Below are positions 1 to 12,620 of a DNA stretch of 64,000 nt, piece after piece. The stretch is taken from the NCBI GenBank assembly GCA_965202585.1, contig OZ241830.1:10726001-10790000 (forward strand). Reading direction: 5' to 3'. A program made the position numbers and the translations under genes. Source of the stretch: Thalia democratica. Taxonomy: Eukaryota. Below the pieces are notes generated by a model. The model was not told the DNA's origin. It ran no database searches and worked only from the letters and a program-made list of their open reading frames with translations. The first letter of the stretch is position 1, and every line of letters begins with the position of its first letter.

Positions 1-899
1 TAATTTTTACTTATAAAAAACAATATTACAGCTATAAAACTTAATTTTGACACATCAAAAGGTTTAGTTAGGGTAACAAGCTTATTTTACAGACTTAAAA
101 ATAGTTTTAAACTTAAGTAAACACAATTTTTTTAAAGCTTGCGTAGTTTATTAAACTTTAATTAATTCGAAAGAGATAAATTTCATATTATTGCAAATCT
201 AGTATTCTTAAATCAAAATAATATCAAATTCTAAATATAAAGATTCATATATAATGTTTTATAGTGACGTTCAGTTGTTTTTAAGTTAATCTACAATTAG
301 TAAATGGTTTTTGAGTACAAAGAACAATCATTTACAACATGTGTTTGTAATTCATTTTATTTTTGAACTTTAAGATCTGAAAGAAAATATGTAGCACCCT
401 TTTTTTATAACTAGAGAAATAATTTAACTAATCAAAGTTGTAGTGAAATATGTTTTTTAAGTTACAAGAGAGATTTACTGAATACCTTTTTAAAAACTTA
501 GAGTACTAAGAAATTCTTTTTAGTATAAATTAAACTAAGTGTATAACTAAAACAACATTTTTTTACAACCAGTTTTGTCGCCAATTGGTTTTAAGATATA
601 TGTAAAAACTTATTATAACGTATAAATGGTGGTTTTATAAAATTTTAATAAAGTATGCTGGTTTACTTTTTCGTTGATGATAATCAAAAAAAAAACAAAA
701 CAGTGATTTTTATTCATTTTTAAAATTAACTTTTTTTTATTTCTATAATAAAACTGAAACAAGTGAACAAAACATGTAAAATAAGATGTAAAATTAACTC
801 CATGCATTATTTATCTCGTTTTAAAGTTTATTTTATGAACTTAAAAGTTAAAGATTGCCTGTAATTTTTAAAACTTTAAAATATAAAGCTAAACAAAAA

Positions 900-2230
900 A
901 ATAATAATGTTACTTAAATTTTTAGTTGACGTAAGACAGTTTTTTTAACAAAGCATAGTTTTAAAAATGTATTATATAATTTTTAGTTTTATTTTAATGA
1001 TTTTAATTACTTTAAACAAGTTTTAAGTCGCATCGAAGCGGCCAATTTGAATATACATAATAAAAACAATCTCAGCACCGTACAATTCTTACGTTTTGAT
1101 TGTTAAAAATTATCGTTATAAGACATTTACATTATCGTTAATCGAAAAATAAACTTAAAGTTGAAGTATACATTACACTAACCATATTTATTTTAGTTTA
1201 TAAAGTACAAAAGTTGACGAGTTTGGCAAATCCTGGACTAGAATATAAACAAAACATTGGTTTGATATCAAATTTAATTTATTAAAATGTGAACTATTTT
1301 TTGTTTATGTCAAGTTAGTTAATAAATTTACGAATGTATGTTAGCAGCTATGCAACAATTATTAAACAAGTAGCTTCATTTTTTTTATCACTGTTAACTT
1401 TGTATTTGTGAAAAAGCGACCCTTCGTGTAGATTTTACACCTAGACAAAAAGTCTCAATGCATATTTGACCCATCAAGTTAAAAGTGTTGAACTTTGAAA
1501 TGTTTCAAAAAATAGTTAACGATGTTTCTGTTAATGCCATCTATTAACATTTTACAAAGTTTCGTTTTATTAAAAATCAACTGGTTTTGAAATAAAATTT
1601 ATTTAATAATACGAAAAAAAAAAAATGTAATACAGTAATTTAAATTATATTCTGAACACCTTGCTAACATTTCCAAACATTTCCTTAAAGATTTAATTTT
1701 TTAAATATATTTACTTAGCTAGTTTTTAATTATTATTGATTATTTAGGTTGAAGGTAATTTTAAAATGAATCAAAGCCGCAAGGTTAATATAAATCATAA
1801 AAAGTCAAGTATTTTCGTAGATATTATGCTAGTTTAAAGTTTTTATGCTTTAAACTTAATGAAAATGTGTGAAACCTATAGTGCTTTTAACAAAGTTTAG
1901 AAAAGTTTTAAGATGCGATTTAGACTCAAAACTTCAAAATCGGAAACTTTTAAAATGGAAAAAAAATTTAGAATTTTTAATCAATCTTCATTCAAGAATT
2001 GGTTCTTAGAATTCGTAATCATAGTAGATTTTTGTAAGCATATAACGAACTCAATACCAAACTGGTGGGGAAGGCTACTTTTGCTCATGAAATTTACTCT
2101 GTACTAATTTCATTAATGTTAAAATTTAAACTGTTTTCTAACCATCTCAGTAAGAATGACTTGACGTATTTTGCAACACTTGAAAATGTAGAAAATCATT
2201 GATTTAAATGAAAAGTGCATTTGTATCGAA
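900..2230 (+). repeat. Long degenerate dispersed repeat (family B), copy 1; homologous to ~29500-31270
   Basis: Colinear shared blocks with 29.5-31.3 kb, e.g. AAGCGGCCAATTT..AATAAAAACAATCTCAGC, TAAAGTACAAAAGTTGAC..AAATCCT..ACTAGA, GTTGAA(C/T)TTTGAAA, TTTAGAC.CAAAACTTC.AA.TCGG and CTTGAC.TATTTTG.AACAC. Confidence 0.8.
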
Positions 2231-2529
2231 GTTTCACTTGACATTGAGTATGTTGCGTCGATGAGCTTCAGTGTGACAATACCTTCAAAAAAAAATTCAA
2301 AATTAAAGAAATTGATAAAATTTATGTTAATCTAAAAAGTAAAAGTTTGTCTCGAGTAGTTGCTGATATTTAAATATTGTAGTTATAAAAATAGTGTCAA
2401 ATCTGTAAGAGGTTGTAATAAACATATAATCAGAATACTTAATAAACATTAAGTTAAGATCTCCTAATTGAGAATTTTTTTGAATGTTAAATCGTTCTAA
2501 AAGTAATCGAACATACCCCTAAAGTTAGT

Positions 2530-2712
2530 ATCCGGTCTGATCCGAGTCACTTTTCAAGTTAGGATCAGGTCCGTCACAGATCTTATTTTTAAAATAGTAT
2601 CAGATCGGACTGATAATTTCTAGTTAGAATCCGTCCAGATCCGTTTACTGGATCGGGTAGAATAATAGTTTAAATTTTTCCAGTCTGTCAAAGATTGAGT
2701 TTTCTCGATCCG
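2530..2712. repeat. GATCCG/CGGATC-rich patch resembling a DNA-transposon subterminal region
   Basis: Many ATCCG/GATCGG/GGATC words clustered in otherwise AT-rich DNA; no matched termini found. Confidence 0.4.
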
Positions 2713-5700
2713 ACGCAACGATTAAAAACGTCGCCCACCGTTAACCTAAAGAGTAAACAGCTTAAAAAAACTTTGAAACAACTAAAATACACTTTTCAAT
2801 TACAAACTATATTTTCTTATATGAAAGTTACTTTACGAGTCAGTGACCTCTAATGACTGGTTCTCGGGCAGTATAATTTCTACCCTAATTAGAAAGTCGA
2901 TATTTTTTTACTAACATTTTTTATTATTTTCTAATGGTCTAATTTTGAATATTTAAACAACAGCCTTTCGGAAATACTTTATGATGTCATTTTGTTTAAA
3001 TATAACTTTTATGTTAAACGTTTACTTTAAGTTTTCTTACAATTTCTTATTTTCTTTCTACTTTTTATTGTTTATGCATGCTTGTAAAAAAATAAAACTT
3101 GCATTTGCGTTAGTTATAACTTAGATTAAATAAAGCATAATTTTAAATACAGTTCAAGCATAATTAACAAAAGTTCAAAAGCGAAAGGTATAATGTTTTG
3201 ATTATTTTAGGAAACTAGCAAAAAAACTTACACTATATAAATAAGTAAAAAAGTCAAGTGCTAGAATAGTGTTTATTATCATCGTAGGAAAATTAAAGAT
3301 TTATATTCTCTATATACATTTTTATAAATAAAAAAACATTTATTTCTGAAAAATAAAATTATTAAATGTTTTCATTTTATTGCTGATTGTTATTTAAATT
3401 TTATTTTAAACGTAACATTTTAAATCCACTAAAAATAAAAGTTATAATTTTAAAAAACATTAACGTAATCTTATTCAACATTTTACTTTTTTAAACACTT
3501 ATATAATAACATAAGACTTACAAAATACCATCATTGTATTAAAAAGAAGAAAGCTTCTTAAAGTAACTTACTTATTTTTAAACTTATAACAATTACACAC
3601 TTATAAACATTTGTAAATTCAATTTGTAAATTTTCGCATCAGACTAAATTTTTGAAAAACGTTTACTGATGTTAATATCTTTTTCACATTCAATTTTATA
3701 CATAATTATTTTCTGTTTTAAAACTTCGTCTAGTAGTTTTATTTTGTTCTATAATTTTTAACCATTTTTTTAAATAAAAATGAGTTTTAACATAAACCAA
3801 AAAGTATCTATTACTTTCTAAATTTTAAGTCAAATTCTGTATATATATATATATATATTTATATGAACAATACAAAAGTAATTGAAAATATAGTTTGAGT
3901 TTTACTATAATATTCAAAAAAATTAAGACGCTTCATTTGTTTTAAAATTTAGCTTTAGTACAGGCAATTTTCCATTGAGCTCACAAAAAGTACGAACCAA
4001 ACGTAAAGTGCAAACTCAACAAACCAAGATTTATTATTTTTTTATAAAAATAGATCTTAAGATTTATTCTCGATAGAAGGCATTAACATTTTAAAAAATT
4101 AAGGATTCTTCAACAAAAAATACCAACTTTTATTAAAAACATTGTTTTTATAAGATTTGTTAAATATACGAAACTAATGATAATAAAACTTAGTTGATAT
4201 TGAAAAATTAAAAAATCAAAATGATATTAGTTCACCAACACTTTGTAGCTAAAAGAATATTAGGTTTGTATGATATAAATTTAGTAGAATTTTAAACTAA
4301 AATTTAGTTTAAACTTGAGTTTGATACGTTTCTACTGCCAAATGTATTTCAACTTTATTTCTAAGTTTCGTAAGAAATACATTTTTTCAACAGTACAAAA
4401 GTTAGAATCTAAAGAAAACTTTGTTTGTATTTAAAGGTTAACAATAAACTTATTAAATGTTTCATTGTTCTTTATAGTGAAATAGACAAAATAAAACAAA
4501 ATTTTTCATAGAGTTCAATAATCATAATCAAATTTATACAAAGTGTTTTCAATCGATTTTATTTCCATCTTAATGACATAAATACCATTAACACAAACAA
4601 TAAACTAAAGTACGAATTCATAACTAAACTAGTCAATTTCATTTTCTGAGCGAGCGAAGCTGATAGTTTGAAACTGTTGAAAACGCAGTATACTTTCTTA
4701 CAAAATAAAATTAATTCTTAGATTTTAACTTATTTGTAACGACCACTAGAGTGTTTTATCATAATTAGAAAACTATTTAACTAAATTCTCTAATATGCTA
4801 AGGCTTAAATTTATAACTTATATAAGGGTCCTTTATCGTCATGTACAAGACGTTAAAAGGTATTCGTGGTGTGCGACTCGTTAAGCAAAATATCTTTATT
4901 TACAAAGAACAAATTAATTTCGGCGTGTTTTTTGTGGTCCATTGACGAACTGATGTAAATATTATTTAGTACAGCATAGTTCACAAATCTCAATTTCAAT
5001 AATATCTAAAAATCTTGGAATAGTTAATCGCTAACACATTAATTTTCACTTTTAATTTTTAATTTCTGCAAGACAACCTAATTTATTGTATTGCAAACGA
5101 CTGTTCAGGTCTAATTATTGTACTAATTTTGTGGTCACACTCGTTAAAAAATTCAAGTAATTTTAATTAATTTCGTTTAACTAAAGATTAATAAATACAT
5201 TACCTAATTGAAAGCAATTTCAACTTAATTTGTTCGACATTTTTCTCCAAGTTGAAAACGGTATACAAACCTATTTAACTATAGTTATTAAAAATGTATT
5301 TATCAAATAAAAATCAATCTTTAGATGCTTACCAATAGTAGAACATTTAAGCTTTGTACAATAAAAAGTAATAATTAAAGTGTGCAACATACTAATTATC
5401 ATAAATTTAGCGCTAAAGTGTACTGTTATTTGATTATTGATTTGTGTTATCAGTTGTTTAAACACTTAGTTATTGTATATTGTATAGCTTTTGTTTGATA
5501 AAACACTTGATCACAGTTATTGTTAGAATTTTGTATATATTTTCGCCAGTAAATAATTCTTAGTATTTGGTGATAATAGTTATAATGAGCGACTCAGATA
5601 GCACTTTTAGAGTTCGGCTAAAAATATACTTTCCAATAATATAATAAAAATATAAATATTTACTTACAATTCAAGCAAATAAAAGCAACATTTCAACTGT

Positions 5701-7094
5701 TTTAGGTTGTATATGATAGTTGTTGCATTATAACTTTAAATAAATTTACTTTATGTTAATACTCAGACGAGAGTTACGAAATTATTTTAGTATAGTAGTC
5801 TAATTTTTCGAGTTACCAACATTTTAATGTTACACAAAGTTTTTAGTAGAAGAAGAGATGTCTTAATAAATAATTGTAAAGGCAAGTAAGAACAATTTAA
5901 AAATATTTGAAACTTTTTCATACAAGCACTTGCAAACATCAAAAGTTTTTTCTATAAACTAACTACCAGCCGTGTAACAAGTCTGATGTAACGAAATAAA
6001 ATTACGGTTGAAAAGAATTTTGAATCTACAGTAACTTTTGATAGGGTATGTACTGTAGAGCTATATATGTATATATATAAAATGAGCAGTTTATGAAAAG
6101 ACAGCCTGTCGACAGCCACCTTTCATTTAGTGCCAGTTTCAAAATGCAGTTTGAGAAGAAAGCTTAATTATTGTTAATTTCAATGTCTAATTAACTTTCT
6201 TATTGAAACAAATTCACAAGTAATTGTTGATTTAGATTCAAAATAATTAGTACTTAATTTAATTTATACATTCTTATAGAATATTCTCTTAGATTTCATT
6301 TGATATAAATGTTTTATTTCCATTTATAAATACATTCTAAGTAGGTGTTTTAAAATATTTTATTTATTTTGGTTCGTTATACTGTAAGTGGTGTAACGTT
6401 TTATGATCTTTAATAATAACTAAACCACTAATTTGTTAGGCCTAGTTTAAATGTATTAGATTAAGTAGATCCAAGTTGATTTTTATTATTTAAATTAGGT
6501 TAAATTTTAAAAATGGTTTATAGTCTGGTTTTAAGTATACTATAACCTTAAAGTTTTCTTTACTAAAGTAATCTCTATTTATATGGTGGTTTAAAAAGTA
6601 ATTTTCATAAGCAAAGTCATAGTCTCATATATTTTTTTTATAGGACTAAGTCTATTGACTCAGTCCAATTTGTTTAATATAAAAAATACTTAGAAGACAA
6701 ATTATTGTTGGATTTAGTGTTCATACTTAAATGATTTTTACAGTAGTTTTTGATAAATAATAAATCATACATGTTTCTATTATTACTGTAAATTTTAATG
6801 ATTCTTAAACATCTTTTTTTTTCGTTGTTTTTATGTATAGCAGTATATAATAGCAATATGAAAGTTTATGTATAACCCAATGTTTTTCTTAATTTTCAAT
6901 TAAACATTTTATTGTAAACTACTTAGTTGTTGTTAAAAGTTACTTTCAAAAGTCCGTATAGTAATATTTATTTTCAAAAAAAAAAATTGAAAAACATTAC
7001 TTTAACTAATAATTCTTTATAAGCCGTAATTTTTTTAATTCTTCTAAAGAAAATCAGGAATACTTATTTTTAGACATAAAGCCTATATTAATAA

Positions 7095-8510
7095 CATAAT
7101 ATATTTCTTAGCTACCAAATAAAAAATAAAACAGAAATAGTCTTAAACTTTTTTCAAACATGTGATTTTCTTCAATAAGCATTCCCTAGATCACTTTATT
7201 GTTGTAAATAACATAAATTCATATTTTTGAAGTTAAAAAATAACTGAACTTGAACCTATTTAAAGTATGTCATTTATTTAAATAGTCTTTGCTTAAAATA
7301 CTTTATTATTGTAAATAATATAAGTTCATAATTTTTATGCACTTAGTGCTAACAAAAGTATTATTTTAAGTTGCACCAGTTATAAACTTGTAAACTTTGT
7401 TTTTAGTACTTTAATGTTTGTGTAAAAGTAAAATACAAAATCAGTAATTATTAAACTGTAAGAATAACCTGTTTTCCGAGAGGCACAAACTTATATACTA
7501 CAATCCCCACAAGTAAAAAATGAAACGAAATTATATACTAGAATTAAACTGTTAAAGTTTGTTGCTAAGAATTTTTGACGTTAGGTTAACTTTATTTAAC
7601 ACAACTAAAAGTAATTTGTTCATGGTTTGCATCATTTCAAACTTATTTGGAAATAAAAAGTGGCAACCAAATAATTTTAAGAAAGTAGTAGCAATTGTAC
7701 ATTACTAAAATATTAAATAAAAAAATAAAAGCTTAATATCAAATAACAACCAATTAAAAGTTTGAATGTAATTTTCTGCTTCAATATTGATATGTATACC
7801 GTGTTTTGAACGGTTTTAAAATACGGTAACCCCGCTTTTTTATTAACAAATAATCGTTTTAGATTTTATAACTAATTTTGAGTGAAATATTTACGTGTAA
7901 GTTAATGACGTAAGTTATCACAACTTTACCTTTTTTTTAGTAAAGGTAAAACAAAAGACATTTTTTTTATTCAAATATGAAATAATTTGTTTTTTATCAC
8001 ATATGAAAGCTCAAATAATTTTTTTAATTTCTTTAAACGTAATGTCTTACATAGTAGTATAATATATTTCTTAGCTACCAAACTAAAATAAAACAAAACT
8101 AAACTTAAATAAATTTTAAAATATCATTTAGGTCACTAAGCGCTTCTTAAAATACCTTATTTTTATAAATTACAAAAATTCATATTTTTTTCATTTAATT
8201 TATGCTTAAAATAAATATGTTTTATAATTGCATCAGCAATAAATTTGTTACATAAACTTTCTTATGTATACCTATGGAATGCTTTTGTGTTTCTATAAAA
8301 GTAAAAATTAAAGTTAAAGTTACTTTTAAACTGTGAGAATAACCTACTACCCAAGAGGTACAAACTTTAAAACTATATCTACACAAATATAAGTACTAAA
8401 ACAAAATTTTAAAAAAGAACTGAGCTTCAAAAATTTGCTGCTAAAGACTTTCAGCGTCAGAACATTATTTTTTTATATAATAATAATTTGCATCATTTCA
8501 AACTTATAAA
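7095..8510 (+). repeat. Diverged direct duplication (~7095-7650 and ~8060-8510)
   Basis: Both halves share ATAATATATTTCTTAGCTACCAAA, AAACTGT(A/G)AGAATAACCT..GAGG(C/T)ACAAACTT and TTTGCATCATTTCAAACTTAT in the same order. Confidence 0.8.
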
Positions 8511-8524
8511 AAAAGTAATTGAGT

Positions 8525-10260
8525 ATATTAATAAGGCCCGCTATCAGCCGAGATCGGCTATGCGTGTTGTGCACAGAGAAGAAAAAAAAATTACATGTTA
8601 AAAAAAAAACAATTAAAATCATTCTGCTTCTTATTTCTTCATCTTCTTCTTCATTTTTCTAAAATATTCCTTTTCTCTTTCTTGCAGTCTTTTGTGTATA
8701 GTTGATCTCCATTTGGCACGGTCATTTGCAAGAAACTCCCAATCATCAGTTCCAATGTTCAAGCTTTTTAGGTCGCGCTTGCATACATCCTTAAAACGTA
8801 ATTTTGGACGTCCTCGGTTTCGTTTGCCAACGACCAAATCGCCATACAATAGAAACTTTGGGATCCGCTCAGTATTTATTCTCAGGATATGACCGAGCCA
8901 GCGAAGCCTGCGCTGACTGAGGGTAAAGTACATAGTGGTAAGACCAGTACGTCTCAATACTTCCTCATTGGTGATCTTTTGCTGCCATGTAATTCCAAGG
9001 ATGCGACGAAGGCATCGTAGGTGGAAGGTATTGATTTTCTTCTCCTGTACGCTAGGTAACGTCCATGTCTCGCTACCGTAAAGCAGAATACTGCAGACAC
9101 AGGAACGGTAAACGTTAGCCTTTGTTCGAATGCTTAGCTTTTGGTTATTCAAAATTCTTGCAGTCAAGCGAGCGAAAGTGCCTGATGCTTTGCCAATGCG
9201 ACTATTTATTTCTTTGTCCAATGATGCGTTTGACGCAACATTTGAGCCAAGGTATACAAAGTTATCTACATTCTCGATATCCTTACAATTGATCTTGATT
9301 GATGGTAAAATATTTGTTCCTTGACTTAGAATTTTAGTCTTCTTAAGGCTTATAGTAAGGCCGAAATCCGAGCATGCCGAAGAAAACTGATTCAGCAATG
9401 TCTGCAGGTCTTGGGCAGAGTGAGCCACGAGTGCAGCATCGTCAGCAAATTAAAGATCACGTATGATGACTATCTTTAGATTTCGCTTAGCTCTTAGATT
9501 TGAAGGGTTGAAAAGGTGTCCGTCAGTTCTTGTATGAAGCTTGATTCCAGTAGTTAATGAATTAAAAGCATGCTTTAATAGCATCGAAAAGAAGATTCCA
9601 AACAAAGTTGGAGCAAGTACGCAGCCTTGCTTTACCCCACTTTTGATTTCAAATGAATCAGATACACTACCATCATATTGAATGGTTGCCCTTGTGTTTG
9701 TATGAAAAGACTTCACAATATTGAATAATTTTGGAGGACATCCAATTTTCAGCAGTATAGCATATAGTCCTTCTCTACTTACCAAGTCAAAGACTTTAGT
9801 GAGGTCAATGAAAGCGATGTACAAAGGCATGTTCTGCTCATTACATTTCTCTTGTAACTGACGTACAGAAAAAATCATGTCGGTGGTAGATCTTTTAGAC
9901 CTAAATCCACATTGAGACTCAGGATATACTCTTTCAGCCAGCTTTTGAATACGAGGAAGAACCACTCTTGCAAAAACTTTACCAGCAATCGCAAGAAGAG
10001 AAATTCCCCTGTAACTATTGCAGTCCGATCTGGAACCCTTGTTTTTATATAAGACTATGATCTTAGCATCACGCATGTCTTGTGGCACCATACCTTCTCT
10101 CCAACATTTGGCTAAAATATCATGTAAATGAGGTAACAAGCATGACTTACAATTGCGGACCAAGTCCGCTGGTATGCCGTCACTACCTGGAGCTTTCCAC
10201 GGAGCCAGCATATCAATGGCTTATATCACTACTTATAATTTGTGATGTTTTAGGGGCATT
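8525..10260 (-). mobile_element. 5'-truncated RTE-clade non-LTR retrotransposon (LINE); endonuclease domain absent
   Basis: RT motifs KAPGSDGIP, SYRGISLL, QCGFR, FIDLTKVFD, GVKQGCVLAPTLF, FADD and YLGS. RTE-type C-terminus RLRWLGH..RIPK..LYG..GKRNRGRPKLRFKD. 3' end has a small hairpin (AGCCGA/TCGGCT) and a short TTA/TAA-like tail. Both boundaries are approximate. Confidence 0.93.
8631..10211 (-). pseudogene. Reverse transcriptase ORF of the RTE element, broken by one in-frame TAA at 9450-9452
   Basis: ORFs 9450..10211 and 8631..9428 are in the same frame and read through as IIRDL*FADDAALVAHS; the FADD codons are at 9438-9449. Confidence 0.92.
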
Positions 10261-12339
10261 AACTAAATTTTTTGAATTTAATGTTACAAGTATTACAATC
10301 AAATCGCACTTTCTTTTTGATTACGTCATTTATTTCCACACAAACATTTAATTAAAACTGAAATATTATAATAAATCAGTTTTTTAAAATAAAATTAACT
10401 GTGTTTTAAATTTTTAGTTGTTGTAAACGCAGTAAAATTGTTATTACAGGAAAATTTTTCAAGATGTTAGATTGTTAGCTGTGAAAACTTACGTTTTGTT
10501 TTAACTAAAAAGTTAAAAACCGTTTTTACAACATTATTAGAGAACAACAAATAGGTTTAAGTTCATAAACATGAGTAAGAAAAAAAAGTGTCTTCATGGT
10601 TATTTTTATTTTATTTTCACTAATCTGTCTTTTTTTTTTCTAGTATAGAATGAATATTACTTTATTTATATTATGCTTATATTTGACTAATTGAATGTTT
10701 ATTATATTTTATAAAATTGCATTGTAGTAACATAGTCTCGGTGAACTTGAAACTAAGTTATAAATTTGTTACTACTAAACACTTAAAAATAACATTGACT
10801 AACTTGAAGATTTAGTTATACATATAAACTTTTGACAATTATAAGTTAATTTTTCTTAATGGTGGTATATTGTTGACCGTTAAAAAAATGAAACAGTTTG
10901 AAGAGAATTGTAAATTATTTTGGTTACAATTAAAAAAATACTGTACTAATATTTGTGTCAGACATTGTATTTTGATAATCGTTTAATAAAACTATTACTA
11001 AATAGAATAAGTGAAATCACATCGCATTCTTCTTTTATTTGTTCTTGTAGTTTGTGAGCAATATATTCAGTCTTTTAAATTTGGAAAAACTGGTTATATC
11101 ACTTAAGTTTGCAAGTATAAAATAGTAACGAGTTATTTTTTGAATAAACGTAAACTAATAAATGTAAATTATGTTTACTAGCCCACAAATACTAAAAGTT
11201 TAATACTGTTGTTATAGAAAAAATCAATTAAAATATAAGTCAGTCTTTAAATCAATTACTTTTTTTTATAAATTTTAACTATCTCATTACCAAAAAATAT
11301 GGCATAAAAAGTTTATGCAATTTTAAGAAATAACGTAATTAAGTTTTTCCCCCGGAATTTCAACCCTCTGAAAAGAATTTAATATTTTTAACTTTAACGG
11401 TGCTTACTGTGTAAAATACTTTTTAAAGTCGCATCAAAGTGTCCATTTTTATACTAATTGTGTAATTTACTTCTATTGTCATCTAATTGTGTAAGGTTTG
11501 TTGATTATAGCTTCAATGAATTATAATATGACCTTTTCTCAATATTATATTTTAAAAGTTTAAAATTAATAAAACACAAAAAAAAATATAACAAGATATT
11601 AATAATTATACTTTCATAGAGCTTGATAAGAAATAAAATTAGTAGTTGGAATCAATAGTAAATTGAAATATACTTTTAATTTATTTTAACTTTGTAAACT
11701 GTCATCAAACTTTTAAAAAGCTATTTATTTTACAAACACTAGTTATTGCAGTTCTGTTCATATACTATGTTTAAATATATGATAAAGCTTTTTTTTTTTA
11801 TTAAAAAAATCAAACTATGTTTTATCATAACAACATAATTGAAACTTGAAAACATTAAATAAACAATATGAATTAATTTAATTCACACATGCTGGATTAA
11901 AACAGTTTTTTTAAGTCAAAAGAAACTAAAAAACTATCACTAAACCTAAAATTTGACCGAAATAGTTAGTTTAACCTAATAAAACAAGTAGCCAAATGAC
12001 ATTAAAACATTAATAGAATAAAACTTTGTCATTTACGTAACTAAGTTGTCCTCACAAATCTTTATTTGTTTTGAAAGTTAATATATGTTGTTACTTCTTT
12101 TAAGTGTGACGGACAATAAGTGTTCAATTTTAAGTCGCAACAAAGCGGCTAAGTTATTAAATACAAATATACATTTAAAAATTACCTGCTTAAAAGTTAT
12201 CTGTTCGATAACAGTTCTTTATTTTTTTAAAAAATATTTATACAAAAAGCTTAATACATTAAATAAGTTTTTTATGAAAAAAAAAAATTATAACTATAAG
12301 TACTTAATTGAAAATAAAAACTAGATAAAATAGTTTTAA

Positions 12340-12398
12340 AGTTTACTGATGAAGGACTGTTGTCCGAAATATTTTTGAATAAAATGTTGCAGTAAACT
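12340..12398 (+). ncRNA. Candidate type I hammerhead ribozyme (Penelope-associated-like), possibly degenerate
   Basis: CTGATGA-A-GGAC-TGTT-GTCC-GAAA core, then stem III ATATTTT/AAAATGT and a GUU triplet. Stem I (AGTTTA/TAAACT) is offset by a 4-nt insertion. Confidence 0.45.
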
Positions 12399-12620
12399 AT
12401 TAGATTTGTAAACCATCGTTTATTTATTTTTGTAACAATAAAAACTAGGTAATTTTTCTTCGTTCAACAGTAAAAAAAAAATAAATAAAACAATTAAAAC
12501 GAAACCTTTTTATAAAAAAAAGTTAACCTACTACATTTCTAAAAAACAGCGATAAGATGCTAAAACGTAAGTATTAGACTAAAATAATTAACTTTTTTTT
12601 TTATTTTAAAACGTGCATAC

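Noticed and set aside
4850-4945. Minus-strand peptide NKDILLNESH resembling a LINE AP-endonuclease start
   Set aside because: Too short and weak, with no continuation.
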